Under the pieces are notes generated by a model. The model did not search any database. It had not been told where the DNA came from and saw nothing but the letters and a program-made list of their open reading frames with translations. Position numbers and translations under genes: made by a program. 64,000 nt of DNA from Chlorobiaceae bacterium. Its GTDB lineage: Bacteria; Bacteroidota; Ignavibacteria; UBA10030; SZUA-254. The stretch covers positions 53,415 through 117,414 of the forward strand of contig PNNN01000051.1 of assembly GCA_013824245.1 (NCBI GenBank), given 5' to 3'. How positions within the stretch are numbered: position 1 is the first letter of the stretch; each line of letters opens with the position of its first letter. This document shows positions 20,461 through 30,273 of the stretch, one piece after another.

Positions 20461-22707
20461 TTGACACCGGAACTGCTTGTAAAATTATCACTCTTAGTAC
20501 TTTTTCTTCCTCTTTTCAGTTTCATCGTTCTCGTATTTTTCGGGAAACGGCTTTCAAGGCAAGGAGATTGGTTCGGGACATCCATCCTCTTTATAACTCT
20601 TGCATTTTCTTCTATTATTCTTTATAGCAAATTAACGAGCTTTCCGGAACCGATAAATTTTAACTTTCTCTGGGTTGACTTCGGGAATGTTCCGCTCCTC
20701 GGTACTTTGAAGATAACATTAGGATTGGTGCTGGATAATCTTTCTGCCATCATGCTGGTGGTTGTTGGCATTGTAAGTGCGCTTGTCCATCTTTTTTCAA
20801 TCGGTTACATGCATGGGGATGTACGATACTCGCGTTACTTTGCATATCTCGGTGTCTTTACGTTTTCGATGTTCATGATCGTTCTAACGAATAACTTTTT
20901 TACGATGTATGTTGGGTGGGAACTGGTCGGTTTAAGCTCATATCTTCTAATCGGTCATTGGTATGAAAAAAAATCGGCGTCGAATGCTGCAATGAAAGCG
21001 TTCATTGTAAACCGTGTTGGTGATATCGGTATGTTTGCCGGGATCTTGATTTTGTTTTATACATTTAAAACATTCGGATTCAACGAAATATTCTCGGCTA
21101 TCGGTTCTGGGAAAATTCCGATGGAAAGCGAAGGATGGCTGACGGCTTCAGGTATTCTGATATTCTGCGGAGCCATTGGTAAATCGGCGCAATTCCCACT
21201 GCATGTGTGGCTGCCCGATGCTATGGAAGGTCCCACTCCCGTTAGCGCATTGATCCATGCCGCAACTATGGTTGCCGCCGGCGTTTATCTCGTTGCGCGA
21301 ACATATCCAATCATGACTGCAGATACATTGATGGTGATAGCGTATATCGGTGCGATCACCGCATTCATTTCTGCCACTATTGCTATCGCTCAAAATGATA
21401 TTAAAAAAGTTCTCGCATACTCTACCATCTCTCAACTCGGATACATGGTGATGGGTCTGGGAGTTGGGGCTTACACTGCGGGTTTCTTTCATCTAACAAC
21501 TCATGCAATGTTCAAAGCCGGATTATTTCTTGGTTCCGGTTCAGTGATTCACGCGATGCACAACGCTCTTCATCATCAAAAAGATCATCACACAGATCCC
21601 CAAGATATTAGAAATATGGGCGGACTTGGCAAAAAGATGAAAATAACTTTTATCACTTTTTTAATCTATACACTTGCAATATCTGGCGTGCCTTTTACTT
21701 CAGGTTTTTTAAGCAAGGATGAGATTCTTGCCGGCACACTTGCCTATGGTGGTTTGACAGGGCATTATTTAATACCGATTGTCGGATTCTTTGTTGCCGG
21801 TTTAACTGCATTTTATATGTTCCGACTTGTGATTCTCACCTTTCTTGGCGCTCCGGTAGACAGTCAACGTTTAGAGCATGTACATGAATCTCCCAAAACG
21901 ATGACGATACCGTTAATAATTTTCGCTGTGTTTAGTTTCTTCATTTTCTTTTCGTTCAATCCTTTTGGTGCTTCTTCGGGTTGGTTCTTCCATGCGATTG
22001 AAAGACCAGAGGCAGTTGTTCCCATTGCAGTTCAGGCGGCTAATAATGTTACGTTTGAAGAAGCGCTCCATCATTCACACACACCTGCAATGATCTTGTC
22101 GTTGATTGTTGCCGGTATAGGAATATTACTTGCTTATGCAACATACAAATGGAAGAAGATCAATGCCGATGCTGTTGCTGAGAAATTAAATCCATTATAT
22201 AAGTTCCTTTTGAATAAATGGTATTTTGATGAACTATACGATAAGATGGTTATTGGCGCAACTCTTTCGTTTACGAAAATTCTTCGGTGGTTCGATAATA
22301 ATATTATCGACGGTATCGTGAATGGATCGGCAGGTTGGACAAAGGCGATTGTTTTTGGATATACGGATCATCGAAAAAATACTCGATATAGTTCACTGAT
22401 ATTTATTTTATTCGGAACTCTGCTTTCGATTCTTGTCGCATTTTTTACAGGTCAATGGTTTTGGGTACAAGGTGCTATTGGCACTGCAATCATTATGGCA
22501 TTGTTAAGCGGCGCCCTATCGTTCTTTTTCTTCTGGTCGGGCGCAGGCGGATTCGATAAGCATGTTGTAGATGGACTTGTGAACGGTATTGCCTATGTTT
22601 CAGGATTTTTCGGATTAATATTCCGTAAATTCCAAACCGGGCGTGTACAAACTTATATCGTGTTTGTACTCTTCGGCGTTATGGTGTTGTTCTATATTTT
22701 TCGTTAA
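20461..22707 (+). CDS. nuoL: NADH-quinone oxidoreductase subunit L (with C-terminal insertion)
   Basis: WELVGLSSYLLIG, GKSAQFPLHVWLPDAMEGPTPVSALIHAATMV and QTGRVQTY motifs. Confidence 0.96.
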   Translation: MTPELLVKLSLLVLFLPLFSFIVLVFFGKRLSRQGDWFGTSILFITLAFSSIILYSKLTSFPEPINFNFLWVDFGNVPLLGTLKITLGLVLDNLSAIMLVVVGIVSALVHLFSIGYMHGDVRYSRYFAYLGVFTFSMFMIVLTNNFFTMYVGWELVGLSSYLLIGHWYEKKSASNAAMKAFIVNRVGDIGMFAGILILFYTFKTFGFNEIFSAIGSGKIPMESEGWLTASGILIFCGAIGKSAQFPLHVWLPDAMEGPTPVSALIHAATMVAAGVYLVARTYPIMTADTLMVIAYIGAITAFISATIAIAQNDIKKVLAYSTISQLGYMVMGLGVGAYTAGFFHLTTHAMFKAGLFLGSGSVIHAMHNALHHQKDHHTDPQDIRNMGGLGKKMKITFITFLIYTLAISGVPFTSGFLSKDEILAGTLAYGGLTGHYLIPIVGFFVAGLTAFYMFRLVILTFLGAPVDSQRLEHVHESPKTMTIPLIIFAVFSFFIFFSFNPFGASSGWFFHAIERPEAVVPIAVQAANNVTFEEALHHSHTPAMILSLIVAGIGILLAYATYKWKKINADAVAEKLNPLYKFLLNKWYFDELYDKMVIGATLSFTKILRWFDNNIIDGIVNGSAGWTKAIVFGYTDHRKNTRYSSLIFILFGTLLSILVAFFTGQWFWVQGAIGTAIIMALLSGALSFFFFWSGAGGFDKHVVDGLVNGIAYVSGFFGLIFRKFQTGRVQTYIVFVLFGVMVLFYIFR

Positions 22708-22749
22708 TTAATTTTTTTTGAAAAAGTTTTTAATTATTAAAAAGGTTAA

Positions 22750-24360
22750 GTGCACATGAGTTTTCTTGGAGTCGGAATAATATCTTGGATAACATTCCTG
22801 CCAATTGTTGGAATGATTTTCGTTCTGCTTCTGCCGAAAGATAACAAGAAGGCGATACGTTGGACATCGGTGCTGTTTACTGCACTGCAAGTGATGTTAG
22901 CTGTATTCATTTATATGAATTTCAATCGCAGTCTTGCCGGGGTGAACTTGCCCGAAGGTTTTCAATATGTAGAAAAAGCGAGCTGGATCGACATTAAATC
23001 GGTTTCATGGATCGGCAGAATTCATATAGATTATTTTGTGGGAATAGATGGGTTGAGCGTATTGATGGTGATCCTCACCGCTATCATTTCATTCATCGCA
23101 GTGTTTGCTTCTTGGGGTATTGAAAAATCGTTGAAAGGTTATTTTGCTCTTCTCCTTCTTCTCGATGCCGGCATGATGGGTGTGTTCGTATCGCTCGATT
23201 TCTTTTTATTCTACGTCTTCTGGGAAGTAATGCTGCTGCCGATGTACTTCTTAATCGGTGTTTGGGGTGGACCGCGCCGTGAATATGCCGCAATAAAATT
23301 TTTCCTATATACATTGTTCGGAAGCGTACTTATGCTCCTTGCAATGTTGGCTCTTTATTTCAGTGTTTCGATTATTGATCCTGCTTCTGGAGAAAAGATT
23401 CATACATTTAATATGCTCGCTATGATGAACCCGACAAATTATGATCCCGGTTCCATACTTGCGGGTGTCGGAACATCTTGGCGTTATATGGCTTTCATTG
23501 CTTTATTCATTGGTTTCGCAATTAAAGTTCCAATTTTTCCGTTTCACACGTGGTTGCCCGATGCGCACGTTGAAGCGCCAACAGCTATCAGCGTTATTCT
23601 TGCCGGAGTTTTATTGAAGATGGGAACATACGGCATACTTCGAGTAAGTTTTCCTATGTTTCCCGATGCAACGCTCCATTATCAAGTGCCGCTCGCTATT
23701 CTCGGTTTCATCAACATAGTTTACGGCGCTCTTGTGGCGATGGCACAGGATGATTTCAAAAAACTTATCGCGTATTCCAGTATCAGTCACATGGGAATCG
23801 TGATACTCGGCATGTCGGCGTTGAACACTCAGGGTATAACGGGTGCAATACTTCAGATGTTCAATCACGGTACAATAACGGCGATGCTCTTCTTGATTGT
23901 GGGTGTACTTTATGATCGCGCGCATACCCGCGGACTGAACGACTTCGGCGGATTGATGAACCAGATGCCGAAATATTCTGGAATTATGACTATTGCCTTC
24001 TTTGCTGCGCTTGGCTTACCGGGTTTAAGCGGATTTATCAGCGAAGCATTCTCGTTCCTCGGCGCATTTCAGGTCGATTCGATTCGTTGGATCACAATCG
24101 CATCGTCAGTGGGAATTGTTCTCACCGCCGCTTATATGTTGTGGACTTTGCAGCGTGTATTTCTTGGAACACTTCCTGAAAAATGGAAATCATTACCCGA
24201 TATAAACGGGCGTGAATTGTTTACACTTATTCCGCTGGCAATAATTGTTATATTTCTCGGAATCTATCCGTCGCCGGCTATCAATCTTATGACTTCTGCC
24301 GTTAATAATCTGGTGAGCGTGTTAAACCAAAGCGGCGGAGCAATGTTACTCGGACAATAA
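22750..24360 (+). CDS. nuoM: NADH-quinone oxidoreductase subunit M
   Basis: FWEVMLLPMYFLIG, KVPIFPFHTWLPDAHVEAPT and AYSSISHMG motifs. Confidence 0.96.
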   Translation: MHMSFLGVGIISWITFLPIVGMIFVLLLPKDNKKAIRWTSVLFTALQVMLAVFIYMNFNRSLAGVNLPEGFQYVEKASWIDIKSVSWIGRIHIDYFVGIDGLSVLMVILTAIISFIAVFASWGIEKSLKGYFALLLLLDAGMMGVFVSLDFFLFYVFWEVMLLPMYFLIGVWGGPRREYAAIKFFLYTLFGSVLMLLAMLALYFSVSIIDPASGEKIHTFNMLAMMNPTNYDPGSILAGVGTSWRYMAFIALFIGFAIKVPIFPFHTWLPDAHVEAPTAISVILAGVLLKMGTYGILRVSFPMFPDATLHYQVPLAILGFINIVYGALVAMAQDDFKKLIAYSSISHMGIVILGMSALNTQGITGAILQMFNHGTITAMLFLIVGVLYDRAHTRGLNDFGGLMNQMPKYSGIMTIAFFAALGLPGLSGFISEAFSFLGAFQVDSIRWITIASSVGIVLTAAYMLWTLQRVFLGTLPEKWKSLPDINGRELFTLIPLAIIVIFLGIYPSPAINLMTSAVNNLVSVLNQSGGAMLLGQ

Positions 24361-24391
24361 TATTTTCCTATTCAAGGAATGGTATCGCTAA

Positions 24392-25891
24392 ATGCTTGAA
24401 CAAATATTACAAAGTATAAAATATTTTCAACCGGAAACAGCGCTGGTTGTTTCTTTCTGTTTAATAGTTATTGCTGATCTATTTTTGAAAAAACGCAATG
24501 AACTAACTTCTTATCTTGCGCTGATAGCAATACTGATAACCGCTTATTTTCTGGTACAGCAAGGAACGGTCGGAACACAATCGATTTTCTTCGACATGTT
24601 CGCCATCGATCCGTTTTCACTTTTCTTCAAGGCGATTATTTTAACAAGCTCGTTTTTTGTCATTCTTTTCTCAATCTACTCTAAAGAATTACAAGGACGA
24701 CCCAAAGGGATCGGAGAGTATAATGCTCTCATAATTGCGCTTACTCTGGGTATGTTTTTGATGACCGGTGCAACAAATTTGTTGATGATTTATCTCGCAC
24801 TTGAGTTATCAAGTTTAACCTCTTACATCCTTGCCGGATACACCAACGAAGCAAAAGATTCAAGCGAAGCATCTTTAAAATATATCATATATGGAGCGTT
24901 ATCATCCGGGATAATGCTTTACGGAATCTCGATAATCTATGGATTGACAGGTTCGCTCGATCTCAACACTGTTCACCAAGCATTGGTGCTGCAAAGCGTG
25001 AACCAAGCCGCATTGATAATTGCGGGTATTTTCATCGTGGTTGGTTTCGGTTATAAAATATCGGCAGTGCCTTTTCATTTTTGGACACCGGATGTGTACG
25101 AAGGTGCCCCTGTTACAATCACCGCTCTTCTCTCTGTCGCATCGAAAGCCGCCGGCTTTGCAATGCTGATTAGATTTATCAAAGTTACTTTCATCGATCC
25201 GGCAATCGGAAACCTTGGACCCGGCATGTGGGCTGTTCTTCGCGGATTTGATTGGAATTTTGTACTCGCTGTTTTATCTGTCCTTTCGATGACGATAGGA
25301 AATCTGGTCGCCCTTTCACAGAAAAACTTAAAACGACTTCTCGCATACTCAAGCATTGCGCATGCAGGATATATGTTGATGGGTTTAGTTGTCTTCAGTA
25401 ACGAAGGCATTGCGGCAGTGATGATTTATTTCATAATCTATCTCTTCATGAATTTGGGCGCGTTCTATGTAATAATGTTAGTCGCAGACCGCATAGGAAG
25501 CGAAAATATTGACGACTATCGTGGCTTAGGATACCGCACTCCTCTTATCGGCGTATCTATGACAATATTTTTACTATCGCTAACAGGTGTGCCTCCAACC
25601 GCTGGTTTCATTGGAAAGCTTTATCTTTTTTCTGCGCTCATAAGTGCAAAAGTATTTTGGCTTGCGATTGTCGGCGTTCTTAACAGTGTTGTTTCGTTAT
25701 ATTATTATGTGCGTGTACTCAGGAATATGTTTCTCCGCGATCCTCAGCCAAATGCTCAACCGCTGCACTTTTCTAATATGGAAATCTTAATATTATTACT
25801 TCTCGTCGTTCCCACTTTTCTTTTGGGTTTATATTTCACCCCGATCGTGGAATATGCACAAGCATCAATTGGAATGTTCGGTGTGCGATAG
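24392..25891 (+). CDS. nuoN: NADH-quinone oxidoreductase subunit N
   Basis: EASLKY, KISAVPFHFWTPDVYEGAP and AYSSIAHAGY motifs. Confidence 0.96.
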   Translation: MLEQILQSIKYFQPETALVVSFCLIVIADLFLKKRNELTSYLALIAILITAYFLVQQGTVGTQSIFFDMFAIDPFSLFFKAIILTSSFFVILFSIYSKELQGRPKGIGEYNALIIALTLGMFLMTGATNLLMIYLALELSSLTSYILAGYTNEAKDSSEASLKYIIYGALSSGIMLYGISIIYGLTGSLDLNTVHQALVLQSVNQAALIIAGIFIVVGFGYKISAVPFHFWTPDVYEGAPVTITALLSVASKAAGFAMLIRFIKVTFIDPAIGNLGPGMWAVLRGFDWNFVLAVLSVLSMTIGNLVALSQKNLKRLLAYSSIAHAGYMLMGLVVFSNEGIAAVMIYFIIYLFMNLGAFYVIMLVADRIGSENIDDYRGLGYRTPLIGVSMTIFLLSLTGVPPTAGFIGKLYLFSALISAKVFWLAIVGVLNSVVSLYYYVRVLRNMFLRDPQPNAQPLHFSNMEILILLLLVVPTFLLGLYFTPIVEYAQASIGMFGVR

Positions 25892-25917
25892 ATAAATAGG
25901 TTTAATTTGATTTTTTG

Positions 25918-25949
25918 AAGCATCTCAACCCTGGGATGCTTTTTTTTTA
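25918..25949 (+). terminator. Intrinsic terminator of the nuo operon
   Basis: AAGCATCTCA-ACCC-TGGGATGCTT followed by a T run. Confidence 0.8.
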
Positions 25950-26004
25950 TATTTCCTTGGTGTTTGGCAAAATATTTTGTAATTTCATAACCGAGAAAGA
26001 GATT

Positions 26005-26733
26005 ATGCCAAAACGAAGCCCGCAAAATAATGTTAACATTCGCTCTACGCCGGTAAAGCGAGTGCATGTTTTACTTGTCGAAGATGAGCGCCACCTTGCC
26101 GAATCGATTTCTAAACGGTTGAATGAGGAAGGATATCTTGTAGATGTTACCTACGATGGTGAAGAGGCAGTGAAACTTGGTATTTCAAAAAAGTACCAAT
26201 TAATTATTCTCGATCTTCTTCTACCCTTAAAGGATGGTCTGAGGGTTTTGAAAGAGCTTCGTGAAAATAAAGTGCAGAGCATGATAATCATTCTGACTGC
26301 GAAAAGCACTATAGAAGATAGAGTGGAAGGCCTAAAAGCCGGTGCCGATGATTATTTATCGAAGCCGTTCGCCGTTGCAGAATTGCTCGCACGAATAGAA
26401 TCGCTTTTGCGCCGGCAAGGAATCGGCAATGCTCCGATATTAAAAGTTGCTGACATCGAGCTTGACATTGAAACTCGGATGGTTCGCCGTGCATCACGGG
26501 AAATTCAACTGACCGCAAAAGAATTTCGCCTTCTTGAATTGTTAATGAGAAATAAAAATCGAGTGCTGACCCGACGTGAAATTGCCGAACAGGTTTGGGG
26601 ATACACTTTCGATACAGGGACAAATGTTGTTGATGTGTATATTACATATTTGCGTAAAGCGATCGACGAAGGTTTTGAAACCCGTCTTATCCAAACCGTC
26701 CGCGGTGTGGGCTTTATAATAAAGGAAGAATAG
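26005..26733 (+). CDS. OmpR/PhoB-family response regulator
   Basis: VEDE, ILDLLLP, LTAK and DDYLSKPF receiver motifs; winged helix NVVDVYITYLR/TVRGVG. Start moved to the ATG at 26005 because the longer ORF begins inside the nuo terminator. Confidence 0.92.
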   Translation: MPKRSPQNNVNIRSTPVKRVHVLLVEDERHLAESISKRLNEEGYLVDVTYDGEEAVKLGISKKYQLIILDLLLPLKDGLRVLKELRENKVQSMIIILTAKSTIEDRVEGLKAGADDYLSKPFAVAELLARIESLLRRQGIGNAPILKVADIELDIETRMVRRASREIQLTAKEFRLLELLMRNKNRVLTRREIAEQVWGYTFDTGTNVVDVYITYLRKAIDEGFETRLIQTVRGVGFIIKEE

Positions 26734-27804
26734 ATGTTTCGCTCATCCCCTTCCAAATTAATACTTTGGTGTACATCAATCGTCATTCTGACTGTTTTTT
26801 TGATTCCATTCACAGTCTATAAATATTTCAATCAAATTGTTAAGGAAGCGCCGGATAAATCGATTGCAGAAGTTTTAGAACCGATAAACAATCTTTTTAT
26901 CGGACTTGGTTTTGTAGCAGTATTAGTAATTATTGCCCTGTTAGTTGGTGGATATTTTATTTCGCGGAGTGCATTTTCAAAAATTAATCGAATAGTTGAT
27001 ACTATCAGCAAAATTAATGTAGATCGATTATTTGAACGAATACCTCATCAAAACGGTAAGGATGAATTGGGGAAAATTATTTCATCGTTGAATGAAATGA
27101 TTTCACGGCTCGACGTCTCATTCCAGCAAATGAAACAATTCTCTGCCGACGCATCGCACGAATTAAAAACACCGTTGGCGGTTATGAGAGCTCAGTTGGA
27201 AAACGGCATGAAGAGCAATGCTAACCTTACCGAACTTCGAGATACCATAGCGGAATGCCTTGATGAAACTCTGCGTATGAGCAATATCGTTGAGAGTCTC
27301 CTTCTTCTAGCGAAGAACGATGCAGGACAACCTATCATCAAGAGCGAAATTATCAATCTCAAAGACCTGATTGAACAAACATTTGAAGAGAGTAAAATGC
27401 TCGCATCTCAAAATTCTATTTTGGTTTCTCTCACCAATATCGAAGATGCAACCATTTCCGGCGATGTAGATCGTCTTCGTCAAATGCTTTTAAATTTGAT
27501 TGATAATGCAATAAAATATAATCACCCTAACGGTAAAATAGAAATCGGTCTTTGGAAGGAAAACAATCGTGCCAAGATCATCATCACTGATAACGGCATT
27601 GGCATACCAGAAGAAGATATTGTTCGTATCTTCGACAGGTTTTATAGAGTTGATAAGGCGCGATCGCGAGAGAGGGGAGGGACAGGACTTGGGTTAGCAA
27701 TTTCAAAGGCGATAGTAGAAGCACATTCAGGTTGCGTCTATGTTCGCAGTACACCCAAAAAAGGGACTGAATTTACAGTTATTATTCCGCTCTATTCAGT
27801 TTAA
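26734..27804 (+). CDS. Sensor histidine kinase (2 TM, HAMP, HisKA, HATPase)
   Basis: DASHELKTPL H-box, NLIDNAIKY, DNGIGI, FDRFYRVD and GTGLGL motifs. Confidence 0.94.
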   Translation: MFRSSPSKLILWCTSIVILTVFLIPFTVYKYFNQIVKEAPDKSIAEVLEPINNLFIGLGFVAVLVIIALLVGGYFISRSAFSKINRIVDTISKINVDRLFERIPHQNGKDELGKIISSLNEMISRLDVSFQQMKQFSADASHELKTPLAVMRAQLENGMKSNANLTELRDTIAECLDETLRMSNIVESLLLLAKNDAGQPIIKSEIINLKDLIEQTFEESKMLASQNSILVSLTNIEDATISGDVDRLRQMLLNLIDNAIKYNHPNGKIEIGLWKENNRAKIIITDNGIGIPEEDIVRIFDRFYRVDKARSRERGGTGLGLAISKAIVEAHSGCVYVRSTPKKGTEFTVIIPLYSV

Positions 27805-27928
27805 TGTTTTTTTTAGGAATATCTTTATTGATCCTAAAATACGTCGCCTTATCTATTGATTTTCACATTTAAATTTTTGATATTCAAAAACATCGTATTA
27901 ATTAAACAGGAAAGGTTGAATTTACAAT

Positions 27929-29239
27929 ATGAGACGGGTGTTCATGAAAAATAAGGTTCTCTTTTTCTTGCTTCTTTCTATCTTCTTGTTCGCCACACTT
28001 TCGGTTGCGCAAAATATAAACGGACGATTTTCAACCTCATTCTATACATGGGAGAAATTCGACACTGTGAACCAATCGAATATAATTACGCGCATTTTCC
28101 AAAATGCCGAGGTAAATGCTGCGTACGGAGATTTTTCTTTCCATACATATTTTAACGGCGCTACAGGTGGAGTAAAATCGTTGAGCGATAATGGACAGGT
28201 GAGAGTTTATAACGCTTATCTGCAATGGAAGAATATCGGCGGTATTCTTGAGGCGCGGTTAGGTCGGGTTCCGGTGTTCGCGGGTGTTGGCAACGGAATT
28301 ATCGATGGCGCTCTTTTCAAATCAGAAATAACACCTCAACTAACCATAACCGGATATGGCGGCGGAAATGTATCAACCGCCCTTCGTTCAAACGGATTCG
28401 ATAATATCAAAGATAATTATTTTGTAGGCGGACAGGTGGTAAGTAAATTTATCGAAGGAATTCGTTTGAGTTTAAGTTACATGAATCGTCAACGCGAAGT
28501 GAAATCATACTGGGCGATTCGTCCCGATTCTGCATATAATCCGATAAGCACACTCATCGAACCTCCAACCCGTAAGGAACAAATTGTCGGCGCAGATGTC
28601 AGCTATGGCATCGACAATAATTATTCTGTGTACGGTCGATTGGATTACGAGTTGAACCGAAATGAGATCTTGAAAGGAGAAATCGATGCCCGCGTGCATT
28701 TACTTTCCGATCTAACGATGACCGGAACGTTTATTCATCGGACACCGAAAATATTTTACAATACATTTTTTACACTCTTCCCAACGGAGTCGGTTGAAGA
28801 ATTCGAAGGAGGTATAGAATATGCGCTCTGTCCGTGGGCAAACGCAATTGGAAGAGTCGCGTATGTTCAGTATGAAGATGATCAAAGTATGAGGTATACA
28901 GCCGGTGTAAACACGAATTATGGATCTTTTCAATATGCAGGAACAAACGGTTTTGCAGGGGAATTAAGTTCCATCAGTTTGGATGCGGTGTATCCGTTTT
29001 TTGATCGGCTTATAACTCCGACAATAGGCACCACATATTCTGTTTATGAATTATCAGACGGCAGTGGAAAAAGTGAATCTATGATTGCCGCAGTCGCAGG
29101 TATTATTGTGCGTCCGATGAAAACGTTTTCGGTAGACTTTCAAACACAGTGGATTAAAAATAAGATCGTAGAAAATGATCTGCGTGTTTTTGGAAAAGTG
29201 AACTATTGGTTCAGTCATCAATTTTCTAATCCCCAATAA
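27929..29239 (+). CDS. Outer-membrane beta-barrel protein, probable porin of a porin-cytochrome complex
   Basis: Signal peptide; alternating aromatic/hydrophobic beta-strand pattern ending VFGKVNYWF; directly upstream of two multiheme cytochromes. Confidence 0.75.
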   Translation: MRRVFMKNKVLFFLLLSIFLFATLSVAQNINGRFSTSFYTWEKFDTVNQSNIITRIFQNAEVNAAYGDFSFHTYFNGATGGVKSLSDNGQVRVYNAYLQWKNIGGILEARLGRVPVFAGVGNGIIDGALFKSEITPQLTITGYGGGNVSTALRSNGFDNIKDNYFVGGQVVSKFIEGIRLSLSYMNRQREVKSYWAIRPDSAYNPISTLIEPPTRKEQIVGADVSYGIDNNYSVYGRLDYELNRNEILKGEIDARVHLLSDLTMTGTFIHRTPKIFYNTFFTLFPTESVEEFEGGIEYALCPWANAIGRVAYVQYEDDQSMRYTAGVNTNYGSFQYAGTNGFAGELSSISLDAVYPFFDRLITPTIGTTYSVYELSDGSGKSESMIAAVAGIIVRPMKTFSVDFQTQWIKNKIVENDLRVFGKVNYWFSHQFSNPQ

Positions 29240-29254
29240 AAAGGAGATATCACA

Positions 29255-30271
29255 ATGCGAATTGTCAGTTTAATCTTCATTATATCACTTCTCCTTTTTT
29301 TGTCACTCGCATGGGTTAGTGATAATCACGAGAAGCAAATAAAATTTTCGCACACTTTTCATGTAAAAGAAAGCGGAATAGAATGTAATGTATGCCATCA
29401 TAATGCATCGAACAGTAAACTCTCTTCGGATAATCTTATCGGCGATCATGAAAGTTGTAAATCTTGTCACGAAGAACCGTTGACAAACAACTGTATTTTC
29501 TGTCATATCGACCCCGATAATATTGAACCTATAAAAAATCCGGAGCGCGAAATTATTTTTTCACATTCACAGCATACTGAAAAATCAATCGAGTGCATAA
29601 CTTGCCACCGCGGACTTGATGAGGTCAAATATGCCTCGGCTGCCAATATGCCGCTCATGGATGATTGCATGAACTGCCATGCTAAAAAGAATGTTTCTAT
29701 CGAATGCGGCACATGCCATACAGATTTTGCAGCGTTGATACCGAAAAATCACCTAGAGGGTGAATTCAGAAAAGATCATAAACGACAAACTCGTATCGGC
29801 GGTATTGATGCCGGTTGTTCTAACTGCCATAATGAAAGCTTTTGCCAAAACTGCCATGCCGGTATTGAGTTGCAGCGTTTCGGGGGAATAAAAGATTTGA
29901 TGACCAGCCCATCAACGCGAACGCAATTAAAAGATTCGCCCAATGAATTAAAGCTTCAGCAAGTGCATAATTTGAATTTCAGATTTACCCACGGGATCGA
30001 TGCAAAATCGAAAAAAACAGATTGCTACTCATGCCACAACCAATCAACGTTTTGCGTGGAATGCCATCAATCGGGCGGGAATATTAATCAAATGAAAATC
30101 AAACCGCCGAATCATAACGAACCGGGATTTAAATTATTTGCTAAAGGAAGCGGAGGCGGACGCCACGCTCAACTTGCAAAACGAGACATTGAATATTGCG
30201 CTGCTTGTCACGATGTTGAAGGCGCCGATCCTGTATGTATGATGTGCCACACTGAGAAAATAGGAGATTGA
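29255..30271 (+). CDS. Periplasmic dodecaheme cytochrome c (c3-like)
   Basis: Signal peptide; 12 CxxCH motifs counted by eye; FSH..H distal-ligand motifs. Confidence 0.92.
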   Translation: MRIVSLIFIISLLLFLSLAWVSDNHEKQIKFSHTFHVKESGIECNVCHHNASNSKLSSDNLIGDHESCKSCHEEPLTNNCIFCHIDPDNIEPIKNPEREIIFSHSQHTEKSIECITCHRGLDEVKYASAANMPLMDDCMNCHAKKNVSIECGTCHTDFAALIPKNHLEGEFRKDHKRQTRIGGIDAGCSNCHNESFCQNCHAGIELQRFGGIKDLMTSPSTRTQLKDSPNELKLQQVHNLNFRFTHGIDAKSKKTDCYSCHNQSTFCVECHQSGGNINQMKIKPPNHNEPGFKLFAKGSGGGRHAQLAKRDIEYCAACHDVEGADPVCMMCHTEKIGD

Positions 30272-30273
30272 TT

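Noticed and set aside
25915-26004. N-terminal extension of the response regulator in the ORF track
   Set aside because: Starts within the nuo terminator hairpin; the ATG at 26005 is more plausible.
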